This document shows positions 48,380-57,019 of a stretch of DNA of 64,000 nt, piece by piece. The position numbers and the translations under genes were made by a program. The first letter of the stretch is position 1; every line of letters begins with the position of its first letter. The notes below the pieces were generated by a model, which saw only the letters and a list, made by a program, of their open reading frames with translations, had not been told where the DNA came from and ran no database searches. The stretch spans positions 3,584,001 through 3,648,000 of the forward strand of contig CBDDIJ010000003.1 in NCBI GenBank assembly GCA_965228855.1. The letters are read 5' to 3'. This DNA comes from Candidatus Obscuribacterales bacterium (lineage in GTDB: Bacteria > Cyanobacteriota > Vampirovibrionia > Obscuribacterales > Obscuribacteraceae).

Positions 48380-49559
48380 CGTGGCTTTGACCGCCAACGA
48401 CGATTGAGTCGCCGGAGTTTGACCAGGCGAATACTCTCTCGCTGCTGTCTTTGAACTTGCCCCAGAAGGCATCTCGGTGAGCAGACCGCCTCACGTTGCT
48501 TATGGTATCGTAGACTACGATACCATCGGTGGAATCATGCACGGCAAGTTTGTTGTAGAGCGGATGCCACGCCATAAATCGGATGTTGTCGTCCTGAGAA
48601 CGCGTTAGTACCCGCGCCGCATTCTTGAACATCTCGAAAATAATAACCGTATTATCATGACCCCATGCCAACTTCGCGCTGTCTGATGACCAGAATAGCC
48701 TGCAGTCTTTCCAGTCCGGAAGCTCATCGCTCTGATAGGAAGTATCGATCGAGCCCGTTGCCAAATTCCAGATCTGAAGAACGCGACGACCTATATTCAG
48801 CGCGCGGTTGAAATTCCAGAACAAATCACCCAACACTTCAATATCCGGAACAAAGAGACCGGCAAGATACTTTCCGTTTGGAGATACTACAGGACTTTTC
48901 ACAAGACCTGGACACGGGTTGGGTTTCAAAGAAATCATCTTTGAACCACTGTCCAGGTCCAGGCGATATGCACCAATTGCGGTGCCTATCGAAATACCGG
49001 CGACATCCCACCGCAGTGTGGATAAACCGGGACTGGTATTGCTGATATACGCATTTATGCGAGCTAGTTGCTGTTCGCTAGTTCCGATCGGCGGCAAACG
49101 TCCGAGAACAGGATCGCGCGAAAGCAGTTTCAAGCTCTCTTCGGCACTAACGGGATTCATCCGGATCGAGTGAGCCGATTCGATTCTGCCCGTGGTGGCA
49201 TCAATGATGTACACCATGCGATGTCGTCCGACTGCGACCTGGCGGCAGTCTGGTGACCAGGCAGCTATGTAGCCCCCGAGTTCTTCTGTAGCAAGCGCTC
49301 CTCGCGGCTGATCGACTTCCGGCATGACGAACTCACGAATTGTTTTCTTAGTGCGCGGGTCAATCAACTCCGGATTTTTGTCGCCAAAACATCCGACAAT
49401 ATACCGGTCATCCGGTGACCACGTCACGTGAGTAAGCAAGCTGGTTTTTGAATTAGTAAGTCCGGAGATGTTCACGCTGCACACAGCTGCCTCGATTGCT
49501 ACTCGAAAATCAAAACAAGGATCTCCATACGCATCATGCCCCAAATCGGCAAATCTCAA
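48354..49559 (-). CDS. WD40-like beta-propeller protein
   Basis: Repeats TWSPDDRYI, AWSPDCRQVA, VSPNGKYLA, AWHP, AWSNSGDSIV and terminal IEVWRV. Confidence 0.8.
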   Translation of the reverse strand: MRFADLGHDAYGDPCFDFRVAIEAAVCSVNISGLTNSKTSLLTHVTWSPDDRYIVGCFGDKNPELIDPRTKKTIREFVMPEVDQPRGALATEELGGYIAAWSPDCRQVAVGRHRMVYIIDATTGRIESAHSIRMNPVSAEESLKLLSRDPVLGRLPPIGTSEQQLARINAYISNTSPGLSTLRWDVAGISIGTAIGAYRLDLDSGSKMISLKPNPCPGLVKSPVVSPNGKYLAGLFVPDIEVLGDLFWNFNRALNIGRRVLQIWNLATGSIDTSYQSDELPDWKDCRLFWSSDSAKLAWGHDNTVIIFEMFKNAARVLTRSQDDNIRFMAWHPLYNKLAVHDSTDGIVVYDTISNVRRSAHRDAFWGKFKDSSERVFAWSNSGDSIVVGGQSHAIEVWRVT

Positions 49560-49665
49560 CCCCGTACTTTGATTTGAGTGACCGAGGCGTAGCTATATGG
49601 AGACGACCTGAAAGGTGTGCCTGCTACAATATGGCGTCAAACCTGGTCGGGTGAGGATAGATCAA

Positions 49666-51522
49666 ATGATTGTCAACAGAAACTTCCGCAAGCGCATGAT
49701 CCTTTTGGGGACCATAATTCTTGCCTCGAGCACGTCGCCGCCCACGGCGATAGCTCAAGACAGATCGCGCGGCTGGGAGGGCTCCAACCCGAACGATGAT
49801 CCTTCTGCCGTCAAAGTGCCGGTCGGCAAGACTCAGACGCCTTCTTCGACTGGCGCCGAGGACACAGAAAATGTTTTTCAAGCCGGCGACGTCTCGTTCA
49901 AGGCGGGTAGGTTTGCCGAGGCCCTGCAACAGCTGGACCAGGCATGGCGTGGTCTTGGCACGAAGCAACCATCCATCAAAACCACCGCTCAGTTTTTCGA
50001 ACGCAAAGCACTCGCTCAGAGAGGATTGCAAAACCTTATCGAAGCCGAACGCTTGTTGAAGCAAGCCCTTGGAAGTGTCACCACCAATGGTGCACATGAA
50101 GAGAAATTGCGTTCCAGAATTTTGTTTGAAATCGCAGACCTGCAATCCCAAGAGGGCTTGCCTAGAGAATCCGCAGTCTCGGCGGTTCAAGCCCTGAAGG
50201 CTGCAACTACAGGCAGTGTCAGCAGAATGGAGAATTTGCTTACCGTTGAAGGTACCAACACTTTAGGTCGCGCCATGACAGACATCGGCGATATCAAGAC
50301 CGCCGATATGAAACTCGACGATGCATTGCAAGCTGCAATCAGTCTAGAGCCTTCCGGCGACGTAAACATACCTCTGCAATCGTCGGCTTCGAAATATGCG
50401 GATGTAATCACGGCGAAAATCAAAGCAAACAAATACTATCTACGTGACACCAGGGGTAATGTCGGAAAATTGAAGCGGGATTTGCAAGATGCGATTTCTC
50501 TTCTCAGAAATTATTCGGAGACAATCGCTCCTGACACCCGTTATTCGTTGTTGACACTCGAGCTTGAGCAGTCAGAACCCACTCCGGAATCAGTTTCCGC
50601 AGCTCTAACCAGAGCCTCCGAACTGCCGGGAAACGAGAATTTGATCGAAGCGGCTCTCTTGATGAAGCAGGCAGAACTCAAATTAGCTGACAACGAATTG
50701 CGGGGAGCCGCCGATGCTCTTAAAAGAGCACTGGAAATTCGTCAAAAGGTTTTGCCGGCCTACAGTACATATATCGCTGAAACTCTAATCAAATTGTCGG
50801 AGGTTCAGCTTAAACTGGGCAGACCGAGCGACGCAGCAGCAAATGCACAACGCGCATCGACAGCGTTAGAACGCTCGGCGGGTAGAAAGAGCTTGCACTT
50901 CGCAAGAGCCAGCACAGCTCTTGCTTCAGTTTACGTCGCGGCAGGCAAATACTCACAGGTCGAACCATTGCTGCAGGAGACCGTAAATACACTTTCGGCA
51001 ATCAGAGGTCGCGGCGACGCCGAAACCTTGCGCACTATAGACCTGCTCTGCTCAGCATATATTCGTAACAACAAACACGGCGCCGCAGCTTCCTATACCG
51101 GACTTGCTCTTGCGGACGCGGAGAAACTCTATCCGGCGAATAGTCCAAAATTAGTGCAGAGCCTGACAAATCTCGGAACAGTCGAAGCGCATCTTAAAAA
51201 GTTCGCGGAATCTAACGCGCATCTTCAGCGAGCCCAAAACATTCTAATGCGTGCGGGTAAAGGCAACACCGTCGAGTATGCGGATGTCCTGGCCGCTCAG
51301 GGAGTTAGCAACACACTTCAGAAAAAATGGGGAGCGGCACAAGCAGCTTTGAGGCAAGCGCGAACAATTTATACCACCATATACGGTGCAAACAGCTCCT
51401 ACACCAGCCAGATGACCGAACTGTTAAAAACAATGGAAGCGATGAAAGCCGGACCTCGCATCCCCGGTCACAATATTCTTTTAGAGAACAAGTTCAAGCC
51501 ATCCTCGCCGCAGTACAGATAA
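49666..51522 (+). CDS. Secreted TPR protein (kinesin-light-chain-like repeats)
   Basis: Signal-like N-terminus; LKRALEIRQKVL and AGKYSQVEPLLQE repeats; GAGGA RBS before ATG 49666. Confidence 0.85.
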   Translation: MIVNRNFRKRMILLGTIILASSTSPPTAIAQDRSRGWEGSNPNDDPSAVKVPVGKTQTPSSTGAEDTENVFQAGDVSFKAGRFAEALQQLDQAWRGLGTKQPSIKTTAQFFERKALAQRGLQNLIEAERLLKQALGSVTTNGAHEEKLRSRILFEIADLQSQEGLPRESAVSAVQALKAATTGSVSRMENLLTVEGTNTLGRAMTDIGDIKTADMKLDDALQAAISLEPSGDVNIPLQSSASKYADVITAKIKANKYYLRDTRGNVGKLKRDLQDAISLLRNYSETIAPDTRYSLLTLELEQSEPTPESVSAALTRASELPGNENLIEAALLMKQAELKLADNELRGAADALKRALEIRQKVLPAYSTYIAETLIKLSEVQLKLGRPSDAAANAQRASTALERSAGRKSLHFARASTALASVYVAAGKYSQVEPLLQETVNTLSAIRGRGDAETLRTIDLLCSAYIRNNKHGAAASYTGLALADAEKLYPANSPKLVQSLTNLGTVEAHLKKFAESNAHLQRAQNILMRAGKGNTVEYADVLAAQGVSNTLQKKWGAAQAALRQARTIYTTIYGANSSYTSQMTELLKTMEAMKAGPRIPGHNILLENKFKPSSPQYR

Positions 51523-51613
51523 AAGCGCAAACCGCTCGAGCGGAATTGTTCAAGGAGCATCCGTTCAGCGGCGCCCCTTCGAGTGGCTAGTGTTCAACGA
51601 AGTATTAGCCTGT

Positions 51614-51647
51614 AAAAATCAAAGCGCGCCCCGAAAATGAGACGCGC
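51614..51647 (-). terminator. Probable intrinsic terminator
   Basis: Minus strand gcgcgtctc-attttc-ggggcgcgc followed by tttgattttt, downstream of the 62-aa gene. Confidence 0.55.
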
Positions 51648-51708
51648 ATCAATTATTCTTAGCAAGTTTGAGCGCCTCCACAGGTGGTGGCAGCTCCAGC
51701 TAGTTGGA

Positions 51709-51897
51709 CTAGCTGCCTTTCTTGAACGGCTTTTTGATGCCGTTGCCGACAGCCTTCAGTCCTTGACCCATCTTTTTGAAGGGCCATACGATCGCGTTAC
51801 CTAATTTTTTCGCAGGGCCGTCGTCCGCTGCCAGAGCTGGTGCAAATGATGTGCTTGCTACGGCAAGAACAATTGCGAGTGCCGCATACTTTTTCAT
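51709..51897 (-). CDS. Small secreted basic protein (62 aa)
   Basis: AAGGAG RBS; signal peptide MKKYAALAIVLAVASTSFAPALA; mature part has a duplicated PFKK amphipathic motif. Confidence 0.8.
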   Translation of the reverse strand: MKKYAALAIVLAVASTSFAPALAADDGPAKKLGNAIVWPFKKMGQGLKAVGNGIKKPFKKGS

Positions 51898-52037
51898 TGA
51901 GAACTCCTTGATCAAATGCGAAAGGCGGTTTGAGACCGGTTCGCACCAAAACGTAATAGTTGTAACCTTAGCCTGAGCTCATCAATGGGACAGGCCTGTG
52001 CGCCTTACATGATACCAACTCGGATGCAACTTGCCAG

Positions 52038-52985
52038 CTAAGCGTGTTTAAGTCTTGCGATTTGTTCTTTAGCAACTTTGATGATGTCGGCTCTCTGCGG
52101 GAACTCCGGAGCCTGGTTAGCGAAATCGAGGGACTTCTTAAAGTTTTCGCGAGCGCGCCGCAGGTCTTGCTTTTGCATATAGGTGGAAGCAATGTTGAAG
52201 TGCGCGACTGCAAGTTGAGTACGAACCTGTCCTTTCCATTCGGCCGATTGAGGCGCCATAGCTTTTGAGAAAAGTCCCTTTTGGGGCTTTTCCATTTGCT
52301 CCAAAACCTGATTCAGACACTCAACGCCGCGCTCATTCCACTTCAAAGATTCAGCCGATCTCTGAGAATCCTTTACGTCAGGCTCGACCTGGCTCGCGAT
52401 CCCCACAGTCACGCACAAGGGTCCGAGATTCTGCAATTGGCGCGAGTCCTTATTCGATTTCTCCCATTCCTTTTCCGCAGCATCTATAGCCTCGCGGTAC
52501 TGGCCGCGAGTCACCAGGCTCTGAACAAGTGCAACTGATGCCCATGAGCTTCCTCGCGAAAGCGTGTCCGGCAATTTGATCGCCCGGCGACACATCGCCT
52601 CCGCCGTGCTCCATGCTCCCATGCGCGAAGCCAACATTACAGGTCCGAAGAAGGCCAGCCAGAATAGAGCCCGCGCAACCAGGAGAGCTGCCGTCAACAA
52701 TATGGTCATGCCAATTACTGTTGACCAGTCGGTCGGTGAAGCATTGACCGCCGCCATGAACTTTGCCGCGGAGAAATAAACGCCCAGTCCCAGCGTGACA
52801 GCGGACAAAATAAGCAAAGCGAAAAACAAACCAAGCGACATATTGTCGCCTTTGGAATTGCTTGGCGCATCGTTGACAGGAAGCTCGGGAGCGCGTTGCT
52901 GCACCACTTGTTGCTGCTGTTGTTGGAATCTGTAGTCTTTACCGCGCTTAGCCATATGTCTAGTTCGAGCCTTCTGTGCCGTCAT
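52038..52985 (-). CDS. Membrane protein with C-terminal TPR-like helices
   Basis: Poly-Gln N-terminus, two TM segments, TPR-like C-terminus. Confidence 0.8.
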   Translation of the reverse strand: MTAQKARTRHMAKRGKDYRFQQQQQQVVQQRAPELPVNDAPSNSKGDNMSLGLFFALLILSAVTLGLGVYFSAAKFMAAVNASPTDWSTVIGMTILLTAALLVARALFWLAFFGPVMLASRMGAWSTAEAMCRRAIKLPDTLSRGSSWASVALVQSLVTRGQYREAIDAAEKEWEKSNKDSRQLQNLGPLCVTVGIASQVEPDVKDSQRSAESLKWNERGVECLNQVLEQMEKPQKGLFSKAMAPQSAEWKGQVRTQLAVAHFNIASTYMQKQDLRRARENFKKSLDFANQAPEFPQRADIIKVAKEQIARLKHA

Positions 52986-53090
52986 AATTTCCTGTTGTTC
53001 AATTAGCTAACTTTAAGATAGCTGCGGGAAACTGCATACATTCTAGATCCGTTCGCCCCGCAATTGTCATATGGTAACTTTAGATCTCAG

Positions 53091-53564
53091 TTATGTGGCA
53101 ACCAGCTTGGCTCCAGCGAGTTTCATAACGATGTCGAATTCTTTTTTCGTAACAGGCTGTATGGAGAGGCGTGCACCACGCTTGGTGACCATCATTTCCT
53201 CCAGCCCATTCGTGACCTTCAACTTCGGCAATGGCACTACCTCTTCGAAGGTTTGTACGTAGCCGACATCAACAAGATACCAGGCCGGATTGTCCTTTTT
53301 GCTCTTCTCGTCAAAGTATTTGCTTTTGGGATCGAACGCGGTGTGATCGATGTAACCTTCTTTGACGATCTTGCAAACGCCTGCTACGCCTGGCGGTTCG
53401 GCATTGCTGTGATAGAAGAGAACTAAATCACCCTTTTTAACCGTATCGCGAAGAAAGTTTCTCGCCTGATAGTTCCGTACACCTTCCCACGACGTGCTTT
53501 TGTCACGCTTGAGGTCATCGATCGAGTAGACGGACGGTTCAGATTTAAACAGCCAGTAGTTCAT
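53091..53564 (-). CDS. EVE domain protein
   Basis: YWLFKSEP, WEGVRNYQARNFLR, FYHSN and RLSIQPV motifs. Confidence 0.95.
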   Translation of the reverse strand: MNYWLFKSEPSVYSIDDLKRDKSTSWEGVRNYQARNFLRDTVKKGDLVLFYHSNAEPPGVAGVCKIVKEGYIDHTAFDPKSKYFDEKSKKDNPAWYLVDVGYVQTFEEVVPLPKLKVTNGLEEMMVTKRGARLSIQPVTKKEFDIVMKLAGAKLVAT

Positions 53565-53854
53565 TCAGCCCCCAACCTCTGCTTCCAAACTTTCAATCAT
53601 TTTATAGATTGAGCTGTCTGTTATATTAGTGATCGGCAGAATCTTCAACTATCGAAATTTTGAAGGTAAACGGATTGATTGCTTCTCTGCTACGCAAGGT
53701 TACAAGCCATTCGGAGCAATCGACGACAGAGTGTTTTTTGTGTCGTGCGCGAGTTAGATTAGACAACATTCAGAACAGACGCTTCACAAGCGCTTATTAC
53801 CGTTGTCAAAGGCTGGCGGTCCCGGAGTAAAATAGAGTCTCTCCAAGGGTTGAA

Positions 53855-54694
53855 ATGATGGAAACATTCCTAATCGCGTTTGTACTTTTCTTCTTCTGGC
53901 ATAACCTCGGAACATCAATCGGTTATCACCGCTTGCTGACCCACAAGGCAGTGCAGTGCTTCAAACCTGTCGAATACTTCTTTGTCATAGGTGGTTACCT
54001 CTGCCTCGAAGGATCGCCGGTCTGGTGGGTCACGATGCATCGTGCGCATCACCGCTATTCCGACACTGATCTCGATCCGCACACCCCGAGAAAAGGCATC
54101 AAGTTCGCGTACAACGGCTGGCTCGGTAAGCGCGATTATCCACCGCATCTAGACCCGAAAACTCAAGCCGCAGATGTTCTGCGCGACCCATTGTACCGTT
54201 TCCTCGAGCAAGACGGTCACTTGCGCAATGCTTCGAAACTCTGCTTTTGGAGCAACATCGCGCTTCGCGTAATTTTCTTGTTCACTCTCGGACCGGCAGT
54301 AGCTGGCGCGAGCTTCCTCGCAGCAGCAGTCGCCCATCAATGCCCGCTGATCATCAATACCGTTTGCCATCTTCCGAAAAGATTCGGATACAAGAATTTT
54401 GAAACAAGAGACGACAGCGTCAATGTTGGCTGGTTGAGCCTGGTCACAGTAGGTGAATCGTGGCACAACAATCACCACACCTTCCCTGGTTCGGCTCGTT
54501 TCGGCTTGAAGAAAAACGAATTCGATCTTTCCTGGTTAGTGCTGAAACTCCTGGAGAAATGCGGTCTCGTGAAGAAGCTGTACGAACCCAAGATCAAGTT
54601 TACTCACGACTTCCAGCTGAAGCCTGAACACTTGCTCGATCCAGCAGCCTTGATGCCCGAAGAAACAGAATCAACTGTCGCGCTCGCCAACTAG
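53855..54694 (+). CDS. Membrane fatty-acid (delta-9-type) desaturase
   Basis: His boxes HRLLTH, HRAHH and GESWHNNHH; DPHTP. Confidence 0.93.
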   Translation: MMETFLIAFVLFFFWHNLGTSIGYHRLLTHKAVQCFKPVEYFFVIGGYLCLEGSPVWWVTMHRAHHRYSDTDLDPHTPRKGIKFAYNGWLGKRDYPPHLDPKTQAADVLRDPLYRFLEQDGHLRNASKLCFWSNIALRVIFLFTLGPAVAGASFLAAAVAHQCPLIINTVCHLPKRFGYKNFETRDDSVNVGWLSLVTVGESWHNNHHTFPGSARFGLKKNEFDLSWLVLKLLEKCGLVKKLYEPKIKFTHDFQLKPEHLLDPAALMPEETESTVALAN

Positions 54695-54722
54695 GCCAGC
54701 CGCAGTCAGTCAACTAACAACG

Positions 54723-54755
54723 AACGCCTCGCTGTCTTTCCAGCGAGGCGTTTTT
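54723..54755 (+). terminator. Intrinsic terminator
   Basis: aacgcctcgctg-tctttc-cagcgaggcgtt followed by ttt. Confidence 0.85.
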
Positions 54756-54783
54756 AGCAGTATTCTTTGCGGCAAGGGACGAT

Positions 54784-54936
54784 CTAGTCTGCCCCCTCCC
54801 AGAGGTCTTCTTCGCGCTCTGACTGATTTTCATTTACCGGCCGTTTGGTAGCCATAGCGAATGCAGTGTACAGCGGGGGTTTCTCTTCCGTGTAAGTGCT
54901 TTTGCCGGCAACTGTGGATGAGCTGGATGTTCTCAT
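54784..54936 (-). CDS. Unannotated 50-aa small protein
   Basis: AGGAGG 5 nt before ATG; MRTSSSSTVAGKSTYTEEKPPLYTAFAMATKRPVNENQSEREEDLWEGAD*; stop lies just before the hairpin at 54723-54755. Confidence 0.65.
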   Translation of the reverse strand: MRTSSSSTVAGKSTYTEEKPPLYTAFAMATKRPVNENQSEREEDLWEGAD

Positions 54937-55407
54937 TTCTGCCTCCTATCGGGCCAGTGGAAGATGGATTATGTAAAAGCGCATGGAGAGCGCCTGTTGA
55001 TGAAAGACTATTTTGATAGAGAAGTGCGGTCAAATTAAACGCCCCGAGACATTCACACTAACTACTGCAGCCAAGCTTCATGAAGACTCGATTTACACAA
55101 TCGGCGATCTTTTGAAAGCGATAGCATCACAACAGTTTCAAGAACGAACAAACGCAGACAGTGGTTTACAAAAATGCGTTAACACTTAAGCGCATCTTCC
55201 GGCAAGCGCAGTCAGTGACGACGTTTCAAACGCTTCGCGCAAAGAGAAATCCGTTGCGTAACAAAATCAAAAAAAACTTGAGCGTGATATCACAATAAAA
55301 AGATTTACTCCGTAAGACGCATGATGTTAAAAGCGATACGATAAATCTATTCCTGGAAACCCAAACTATTCGCAACTATCTAATGAGTAGCAGAATCGAA
55401 AACACTG

Positions 55408-56712
55408 ATGAAAACTCCATCTTTCAGGATTCCCGGAATCCAGCTAACCAACCACGAATTCACTGCCCCGATAAGCTATAAAAATCCAGGCAACGGCTCT
55501 ATCAAAATTTTCGCCAGAGAAGTGGTGTCAAATGCGAACCATTATCGAGCGAATGATTTACCCTGGCTGATTTTTTTTCAGGGCGGGCCGGGATTTCCCT
55601 CACCGAGACCGACCAATAAACACGGTTGGTTAAATCGCGCATTACAGCAGTACCGCGTGCTTTTGCTCGACCAACGCGGAACCGGTTTGAGCACTCCGGT
55701 TACGTATCAAACACTCGCAAAGTTTGGAACAGCGAAAGAACAAGCTGACTATCTAATTAACTTTCGTGCTGACTCGATTGTTAAAGACGCAGAACTGATT
55801 CGTTCGCAATTGCTGAAACCCGGAGAAAAGTGGACGGGGTTCGGACAAAGTTACGGCGGCTTTTGCTTAACCCATTATCTCTCTGCAGCGCCGGAAGGGC
55901 TCGCTGAAGTGGTGATTACGGGCGGATTGCCTCCGCTGACCGCGAACGTCGATGATGTCTACCGCGCCACTTATAAACGAGTCTTAAATCGAAATAGACA
56001 ATATTACGAGCGCTATCCGGCAGATATTGAACTTGTGCACAAACTAGTTTCATTGCTGCGCTCGAAGAAAGTTGAATTACCGGACTGCGGAGTTTTGACG
56101 CCCGAACGCTTTCAGCAACTCGGAATCTCGTTTGGTATGACTGAAGGCTTCGAAGCGATTCATTACTTGCTTGAAGAGGCGCTCATAACGAATACACGCG
56201 GCATCGAAGATCTGAGCTTCACTTTTCTCCGTTCTCTTGCAGGCTCTCAGGCCTACGAGACAAATCCAATTTACGCGCTTCTGCACGAATCTATATATTG
56301 TCAAAATTTCGCGAGCGATTGGTCTGCAGAAAGAATGAAAGCGGAATTTCCACAATTCAGACCAGACAGAAGTGATGGACCGATTCTGTTTACCGGAGAG
56401 ATGATCTATCCGAGCATGTTCGACGACTACAAATACCTGGAACCGCTGAAAAACGCAGCCGAGTTACTGGCGCAGAAGTCTGACTGGGAGCCACTCTACG
56501 ACGTCAAGGCGCTGCACAAAAATACCGTGCCGGTAGCAGCGGCGGTTTATTACGATGATATGTATGTAGAACTTTCGTATTCACAGGATGCGGCGGACGC
56601 AATCGGTAACTGCCGTACGTGGGTAACGAATGAGTACGACCATAACGGCATCCGGCAAGACGGAGACCGAGTCCTGGATCGACTTTTCCAGATGTTGCGT
56701 CACGAAATCTAG
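55408..56712 (+). CDS. pip: Proline iminopeptidase (S33 alpha/beta hydrolase)
   Basis: FQGGPG, DQRGTGLS, GQSYGG nucleophile elbow, YYDDMYV and TNEYDHNG motifs. Confidence 0.9.
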   Translation: MKTPSFRIPGIQLTNHEFTAPISYKNPGNGSIKIFAREVVSNANHYRANDLPWLIFFQGGPGFPSPRPTNKHGWLNRALQQYRVLLLDQRGTGLSTPVTYQTLAKFGTAKEQADYLINFRADSIVKDAELIRSQLLKPGEKWTGFGQSYGGFCLTHYLSAAPEGLAEVVITGGLPPLTANVDDVYRATYKRVLNRNRQYYERYPADIELVHKLVSLLRSKKVELPDCGVLTPERFQQLGISFGMTEGFEAIHYLLEEALITNTRGIEDLSFTFLRSLAGSQAYETNPIYALLHESIYCQNFASDWSAERMKAEFPQFRPDRSDGPILFTGEMIYPSMFDDYKYLEPLKNAAELLAQKSDWEPLYDVKALHKNTVPVAAAVYYDDMYVELSYSQDAADAIGNCRTWVTNEYDHNGIRQDGDRVLDRLFQMLRHEI

Positions 56713-56805
56713 ACGAATTCAAAATCACATATATAGAGAAAAAGCTTTGATACTATATATGCCACCAGGCCTTAAAGTCGCTGTAACAATCGCATTCACG
56801 ATTCA

Positions 56806-56834
56806 TTGACTCAACTTCGAATCGGAAGTACAAC
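56806..56834 (+). promoter_or_regulatory. Putative sigma70 promoter of the leu leader/leuA
   Basis: TTGACT-17 nt-TACAAC. Confidence 0.5.
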
Positions 56835-56840
56835 TGTGTC

Positions 56841-56921
56841 ATGTCCATCAACGAAACAGTTTTGAATCAATCGAATCGCCCCGCATCACTGCTGGGACTG
56901 CTGCTGCTAAGCACCTGCTAG
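56841..56921 (+). CDS. leuL: Leucine attenuator leader peptide (LeuL-like)
   Basis: MSINETVLNQSNRPASLLGLLLLSTC*: 6 Leu in 7 codons, directly upstream of the antiterminator/terminator and leuA. Confidence 0.88.
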   Translation: MSINETVLNQSNRPASLLGLLLLSTC

Positions 56922-56977
56922 ACAGAGCCGGACGATGTTGCGTATCTGCTCTGTCTTATCAAAGGCAGGGCTTTTTT
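56921..56977 (+). promoter_or_regulatory. leu attenuator: antiterminator and overlapping intrinsic terminator
   Basis: gacagagc (56921-28) pairs with gctctgtc (56948-55). The alternative stem gctctgtctt-atca-aaggcagggc (56948-71) is followed by T6. Confidence 0.88.
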
Positions 56978-57019
56978 GCTTTCAGACTTGATTCACAACC
57001 CTAGAAAAGGAATTCAGCA

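Noticed and set aside
53091..53564. EVE protein as part of a modification-dependent defence system
   Set aside because: Stand-alone EVE domain with no adjacent nuclease, toxin or methylase.
56728..56761. Inverted repeat catatatag-N16-ctatatatg after pip
   Set aside because: AT-rich low-complexity arms with no U tract; cannot distinguish an operator from chance.
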